DNA of 64,000 nucleotides from Candidatus Omnitrophota bacterium (GTDB lineage Bacteria; Omnitrophota; Omnitrophia; Omnitrophales; JACROU01): NCBI GenBank assembly GCA_029261035.1, contig JAJDCD010000004.1, positions 4,765 to 68,764 of the forward strand, read 5' to 3'. Shown piece by piece: positions 62,101 to 64,000 of this stretch (position 1 is its first letter; each line of letters starts with the position of its first letter). The notes under the pieces were generated by a model. It saw only the letters and a program-made list of their open reading frames with translations, ran no database searches and was not told where the DNA came from. The position numbers and the translations under genes were made by a program.

Positions 62101-64000
62101 ACACGTCCGTCAGATAAATAGCGAAGCGTATAATCAGAAAAATTTGTTTCTCCCTGAGAAATCAACTCTATCTCTGGAGGTGTGGTATCTAACGTAATCC
62201 AAAATTCAGCAGAGGTCATTTGACCCAATTCATCCTGTACATAAAACTGAACTCGATTATCCCCTTCTTGAAGTGTGTATGTTTCTTCAAATAAATGGCC
62301 ATTCACTTCATAACGCAAGGTATAACTCTCTTCATTGGTCAATGAAGAAGAAAGTAAATCAGCAACTGGAGGCTCCGGAGGGTTTCTAAATATAATCGCG
62401 TTATTTAACAAAGGTAAAATATCATCTCCTTCATGTCCTGACTGAACAATCACCTCTGTTTGAGAAACATACCCCTCTGGATAAGGCACATATGCTGAAG
62501 ATACAGTTAAACCTGTTTCATCCTGTAACTCTCCTGATAAATTAACTTGATAATTAATAATCTCTGGGCCTGGAATGCCACCGTTATAACCATTAACACG
62601 AATATCCAACATACCACCCACGTGGCGCATACTTCCATCGGGATAAATCCAACCTATTTGTTCATAGCTCTCTCCGCTATCTCCTTCATTTCTAAAGCCA
62701 GCAATCCAATTAGATCCATTACCAAAGGTACTTAAATCGGTGTCAAATACGAACCAATAATTCTGATTCGCTTCTATCGTGATTTCTTCTTCAAAGCTAA
62801 GTTCTGCCCAACCAGCATTAGCATGACCACTTGAAGTTCTTAAAGTAAGCTCCGAGACATCCCTCTCTTCGGAATGAGCAATCAACTCTCCTAGTTGTCC
62901 ATTTTGATTTGTATATATTTTTGCCCTCATTACTCCTTGAGGTTCACGCGTCCTTCTCATCCAAAACTCCAATGAAGACACAGCCATATCCGTACCGAAC
63001 TGAACACTTTGCGCCATCCCTGTATAGTTTTGGTTACTACCAATTTCAAAAGCTTGAGACCCCTCTGAGTAACGTTCGTAAAGAACTTCTTTAGGGGGCA
63101 AAGGAATCTCATCCCCTACCTGCACTGTCAATTGATTTACTTGGTTAGAATCATTGAAAATCCTCGAGAAAAATAAAGGCAAATCGGAAGCTCTTAAATC
63201 TTTAGTGATAAAACCATTGGTGTACTCCCGAATTCTTCCACTTGGAGAGTAAATTCCTGTTACTTCGCCTTCATTAACTTCAATGCGTTCACCATTGTTT
63301 AATAGGACTGATCCAGAAATAAGTACTCCTGAATCAGACAATTGAATATTTTCAAAAATAATTCCTTGGCTTTCCGCCCCCACAATTATTCCATTTCTAT
63401 ACTTTAAAATAGTTCCATCTTCTAGCATAGGTTGAAAATCAATCACAAACTCAGATTCTGTATTACCCCACTCGTTTTCAAAGTTTCTTAGAATTGTATT
63501 GCGACCTGCTCTTAAATATACATTCTCACGCTGAATCTCACCATCCACCAAATAAGCAATCTCATATTCACTATTATTAGAAATTTCTGCTGAAACTAAA
63601 TTAACTTTTGGAGGAAATGTGTCTGAAAAAACACTCCATTCCATTTGAACGACTCGCCCCATAGAATCTGTATAGCGAATAGGGACACTGTTATCGCCTA
63701 CTTCTAACAGCATGCTTTGCTGAAACAATTGACCCTCCACTTCATATGTCAGTTGATAATCTCGATAATCCACATTAGCTGCCGAAGTTAACTGAAATGA
63801 AACATTATTTAGTTCTTTATACAGCTCAACTAAATTTTCTAGAGAATGTGTCAACGTTTTCTTCTTGGTAAAACCAACTTTTTCTGGAATCGTGGGCAAT
63901 GTACTATTGACTCCATTTTCATCTAAAACAAAGCCTGCAGAATCCACATCGTATTTATCTCTTTCAGGCCCTGGCACACCCCCCTCATATCCATTAATCC
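53199..64000 (-). CDS. giant (>3600 aa, 5-prime end beyond window) Ig-like / FG-GAP (integrin-like) / YD-RHS-repeat protein with Gly-rich hydrophobic region and distinct C-terminal domain; Tc-toxin/teneurin-like
   Basis: ORF open to the window edge. Bacterial Ig-like repeats (TPPEIELISQGETNFSDYTLRYLSDGRV..). Six FG-GAP-type repeats (FMDINGDGLPDR...FNNGQGF) at ~58600-59850. YD repeats (SYDESGNL, YQYDEHGKL, YEYDSEGNP) at ~57000-58100. Coiled coil, Gly/Ala/Ser-rich hydrophobic stretch (~54500-55560), ~400-aa unique C-terminal domain. Confidence 0.75.
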   Translation of the reverse strand, partial: INGYEGGVPGPERDKYDVDSAGFVLDENGVNSTLPTIPEKVGFTKKKTLTHSLENLVELYKELNNVSFQLTSAANVDYRDYQLTYEVEGQLFQQSMLLEVGDNSVPIRYTDSMGRVVQMEWSVFSDTFPPKVNLVSAEISNNSEYEIAYLVDGEIQRENVYLRAGRNTILRNFENEWGNTESEFVIDFQPMLEDGTILKYRNGIIVGAESQGIIFENIQLSDSGVLISGSVLLNNGERIEVNEGEVTGIYSPSGRIREYTNGFITKDLRASDLPLFFSRIFNDSNQVNQLTVQVGDEIPLPPKEVLYERYSEGSQAFEIGSNQNYTGMAQSVQFGTDMAVSSLEFWMRRTREPQGVMRAKIYTNQNGQLGELIAHSEERDVSELTLRTSSGHANAGWAELSFEEEITIEANQNYWFVFDTDLSTFGNGSNWIAGFRNEGDSGESYEQIGWIYPDGSMRHVGGMLDIRVNGYNGGIPGPEIINYQVNLSGELQDETGLTVSSAYVPYPEGYVSQTEVIVQSGHEGDDILPLLNNAIIFRNPPEPPVADLLSSSLTNEESYTLRYEVNGHLFEETYTLQEGDNRVQFYVQDELGQMTSAEFWITLDTTPPEIELISQGETNFSDYTLRYLSDGRVIEETLQLSSGENQIVRESRDAAGNVSIKTFLISYHPFFQEQLSVYDAENHLLSIQDPMTGVEIFYSPSEPYDIQIKNSDGSVNEVLSFEILKKNLSESLVVTLENGLEALYQSGDLIGFRTEDGMELQDVVLDGEGNVETANIFYANGRVDFIRYGVILRTLDPQGNIRDFSLSQKPVRDIQNSEVSHYFYILNGDESLKEVKVEQPDGSILLYDDAGVLERIDNSNGAYSELSSGILTHLQTEEGKQFVYTQEQVVEDGEIFIKSELNLQQSDAPLDKTPVETFYHLSGQLAKVKLWDGSEVQFSEGLPNDIVDSNGNRTTLSYLENQGLLSGLILNQNGTQFKYNEKGSLSAIESFSGTLEIDGDEVSRVFLPDGTVIENLIQDSSTFEITDGVITSPDGTIRTFEGGVLTKIETVSGEVYETQSENQGFVSYLKELNFQDGTQALFNQGVLSQIQNQDLSLFTELQVGSDGRLGFAKETLQDGEEKFYEEGVLKYRVLDDGTRIDYEEGLAFQLITPENQIFEFKYQRNTQNEIIAFRLENENKVMSYGIAEDNQMVLQSVRNHNLVAFIENGVIQSVKSHFGRIENPVFDSSGNLVSGELIRIDGAQVSIENGVIQQTVLSNGDRIVYGEDRIDSIETEFGLIQLIYSEHGIEVEYDESGEIHRASMALFLLNPDRERERQIILSEPLINDLSQKRQTQVQFDTQSAIQLDLTVQDEERGEVYRFNSNYRPVWNNVVETDRQDGFIRRMESLTAWDSLPAIHSDFMDINGDGLPDRIFFDPEQPDRYDVQLNNGQGFDDLIQWGNVQTDLTGFFSQYGDRLAFGALSSFEGRHPHRLSEFMDINGDGLPDRVMMGYYGQEDWVVQFNNGQGFEDPQLWEGAFPLARIWSFQAFYASEVRNDEQNKEVQELMADMVDMNGDGLADRVLIAPREPYDYWLVQFNNGSGFDFPVVWDNVVNEFYYQEHDLDGSLSVTTEQKAALLSTLQDMNGDGRTDRVFNQWNDVSDPTLGMEWYVQINNGEGFDDSILWDDDVRLLDGVAEIDVASSIRYVENNRQVWVESMDINGDGLIDRITVDQTVSSENSPTFWWVELNNGSGFNEAVQWQGVENYGSETIGIRADNELWHSTLSTNNGIPLIQNELIDINGDSLVDRIIYQPGNEEWLVQFNNGNGFEPLRAMHMDSLIARSEGNGEDYEYLHVSLKQEDLMSSELETVIVTVGDAEFTLNNVGNEWKDFYLPLDSVTVSDTVTVNSLNSSNNEILVDNITWVNQRKVSASDWMTDLFITQNQIPSITQSVNLSLIPQSVNDRDELIVQKDLSLVHESEILKARTVLRYSDEGKATQVETADGRVAEISNGNITQIRHQDGSILELSYDESGNLSEGANFNHFNETPDALVEYAYGRIREVSRENKPSLNYSYEFDALGREITVIEDPETGIKERYLDSLLMSTVKPNGIETVYQYDEHGKLTSSSLQYKGSVKQVFQHERVEDREVVIQSNGIREEYSEEGALLFHTLPNGLRYQHEYVYPDKVIDTVSLNAEGFEEHQVEIVQDTSKEKIHRVKLIEKAINPNAPKASYEEGVLTQLILEDDSQIFWEEIEGNQKALIVYPDGIEIEYENGVPKQLRSTTGLTKDFNSKSAVDALDFHYQEAVNAYQLIQSKQLEYQLDPETSVLGEFTLEGEPITEWKADNTVSLYDDNGLLEEVVDGEGNTQIQYEYDSEGNPAKITMVQTRAALEREISLINTDIEIKRAEALAVVAEREFIVHETIEGSYEANLERLIRERDRLLGQRNEVSSIEIPKRAGKEVKSQIADVLGSIDSQVATVEQMIFDLAETRSQALRDLDQNVATAYDDIQLEVDTANLQVLQDKEQIEHEILLQELTPIILHQFRTQLGRDPSQDEINYWISQVPGSLTKSEVPGTLATILLNSTERADRTLEVNSIKDSVRTLIETYLNGTEGDKENILSDLNLTSEEALSLTEGEAESILEYLDNQDLHFGQSAFLALEALLEDSVIASNDNGAWQSPDRVTLARDLIVMDILKGILTPLEEGDLVISLFSMKRYAERVLSSSPSSEGEDRGEGVHALNLNYESLRAMYQEACSEQGPDCEMSVIAHIDGNHYIELTQVTEEGIVYRNPGHGPEDNLEIVTLTKDEFLTDWEGVVLSTRAPPSENQNNEIRELTEIEQTQIRGAFFGITAIVLAGLVFGAISALANFAFSLISTGSFKQAFNSTVNLISSIASLDLISAVGIFKDNFFNGLDKIASGIGKVIPFLGKIGHKVIRGAKKVADTLYDNVLNTKVFRTVFDSIKIVGGIVAAPFSAGASLALVGNGVNGILSRHTDLNPTAISLISSGASLFSGFGLGGFDLSGSLDFLQSGTAKNILGDIAITGLDALGASSELTSLLSIPIRVTISGGIQGIANPSAGLFSSIKDALFNTQTAAGLVSVGANIGLNRAGAPLEVGGLVSGLLGQLLVNNASIPNADQTDANQLGSSLFQRITNTAQTLASKVINGAQNAISFGVEVLQKGFDKTVEFFGGLFSRETQEVLHEANSFTGASGWQKIGSLTDQNGFVTTIYSNNSGDTINVESVLGSNNITITKNIKGKISTEIYENVKRTSTGLFSIGNVAFAEQISEGTTLNYSYQNNELSQIQVQGDQGYNFLTIEPLNSGVVGVGGGSEIKDGKIYLLDKTIGLEIESGNWSGTTVENITTILNALNHGVSTQILNSPGVIGVVEPVFNQMLPVIYNQLDESAYDSIVGRKKHDFWTPEEVMFNVLELENFDVSSPEMHPEIYTVEQYLDVSNVEMQNQIRDTVGEDNWSIINTPRNREEFVRVLEKYPNSKFYLYSGNTSGLLEHMIHKEGITNSRDRNSLMLGGDHRPFTDLNGQDIVMRSIEGIALDVQETGYLMNGLKEFSSQVSQVRIGTGPHFHNILDNALFFHIDDYPNNSVNNIIGHQIEVRFAGGDA

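Overview
This is a 64 kb window from a low-GC bacterial chromosome; the small accessory genes and giant effector-like proteins suggest a host-associated or intracellular lifestyle, but the sequence does not let me assign a phylum. Almost every gene is on the minus strand.

From the low-coordinate end the window holds a conserved housekeeping core:
- rpmA (partial), rplU, frr, pyrH, tsf and rpsB.
- An unannotated RNase P RNA (rnpB) that explains the spurious plus-strand ORF 3790..4044.
- An LptF/G-like permease, then the dnaG-rpoD operon. rpoD carries a lysine-rich histone-like N-terminal extension.
- cvpA, a MiaB-family methylthiotransferase, rsmE, a cold-shock protein, HU, dnaE and guaA.
- A CBS-less IMPDH-family gene.
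- An unusual chaperonin locus: promoter + CIRCE, then canonical groEL, then groES, then a GGM-tail-less groEL paralog.

The most remarkable content is two tandem giant paralogous genes (4711 aa and 2566 aa), 330 bp apart.
- Both have signal peptides and share homologous N-terminal (~500 aa) and C-terminal (~230 aa) domains.
- Between those shared ends they carry different complete central-carbon-metabolism enzyme modules.
- Giant 1 has a full PEP synthase/pyruvate phosphate dikinase-like unit: ATP-grasp RSSAVGED..SFAGMQDT, phospho-His GGQNSHTMIV and a catalytic-Cys C-terminal barrel. It also has a phosphoglucose-isomerase-like SIS domain.
- Giant 2 has a complete GAPDH-like domain with the GRGRIGK Rossmann motif, SCTTN Cys and EHGYT His retained.
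- A third giant gene (>3600 aa, running off the window end) is an Ig-like/FG-GAP/YD-repeat toxin-like protein. It has a Gly-rich hydrophobic region and a distinct C-terminal domain, followed by an overlapping small membrane-protein ORF.

The rest of the window is a birA-coaX pair, alr, tsaB, tsaE, thiL, an M50 protease and a lipoprotein.

Several families of small palindromic or MITE-like intergenic repeats recur through the window:
- GTGACAGTCAC arrays upstream of all three chaperonin genes and of dnaE.
- A related GGGACAGTCCC array between birA and coaX.
- A 55-bp double-hairpin unit.
- Two longer inverted-repeat families.
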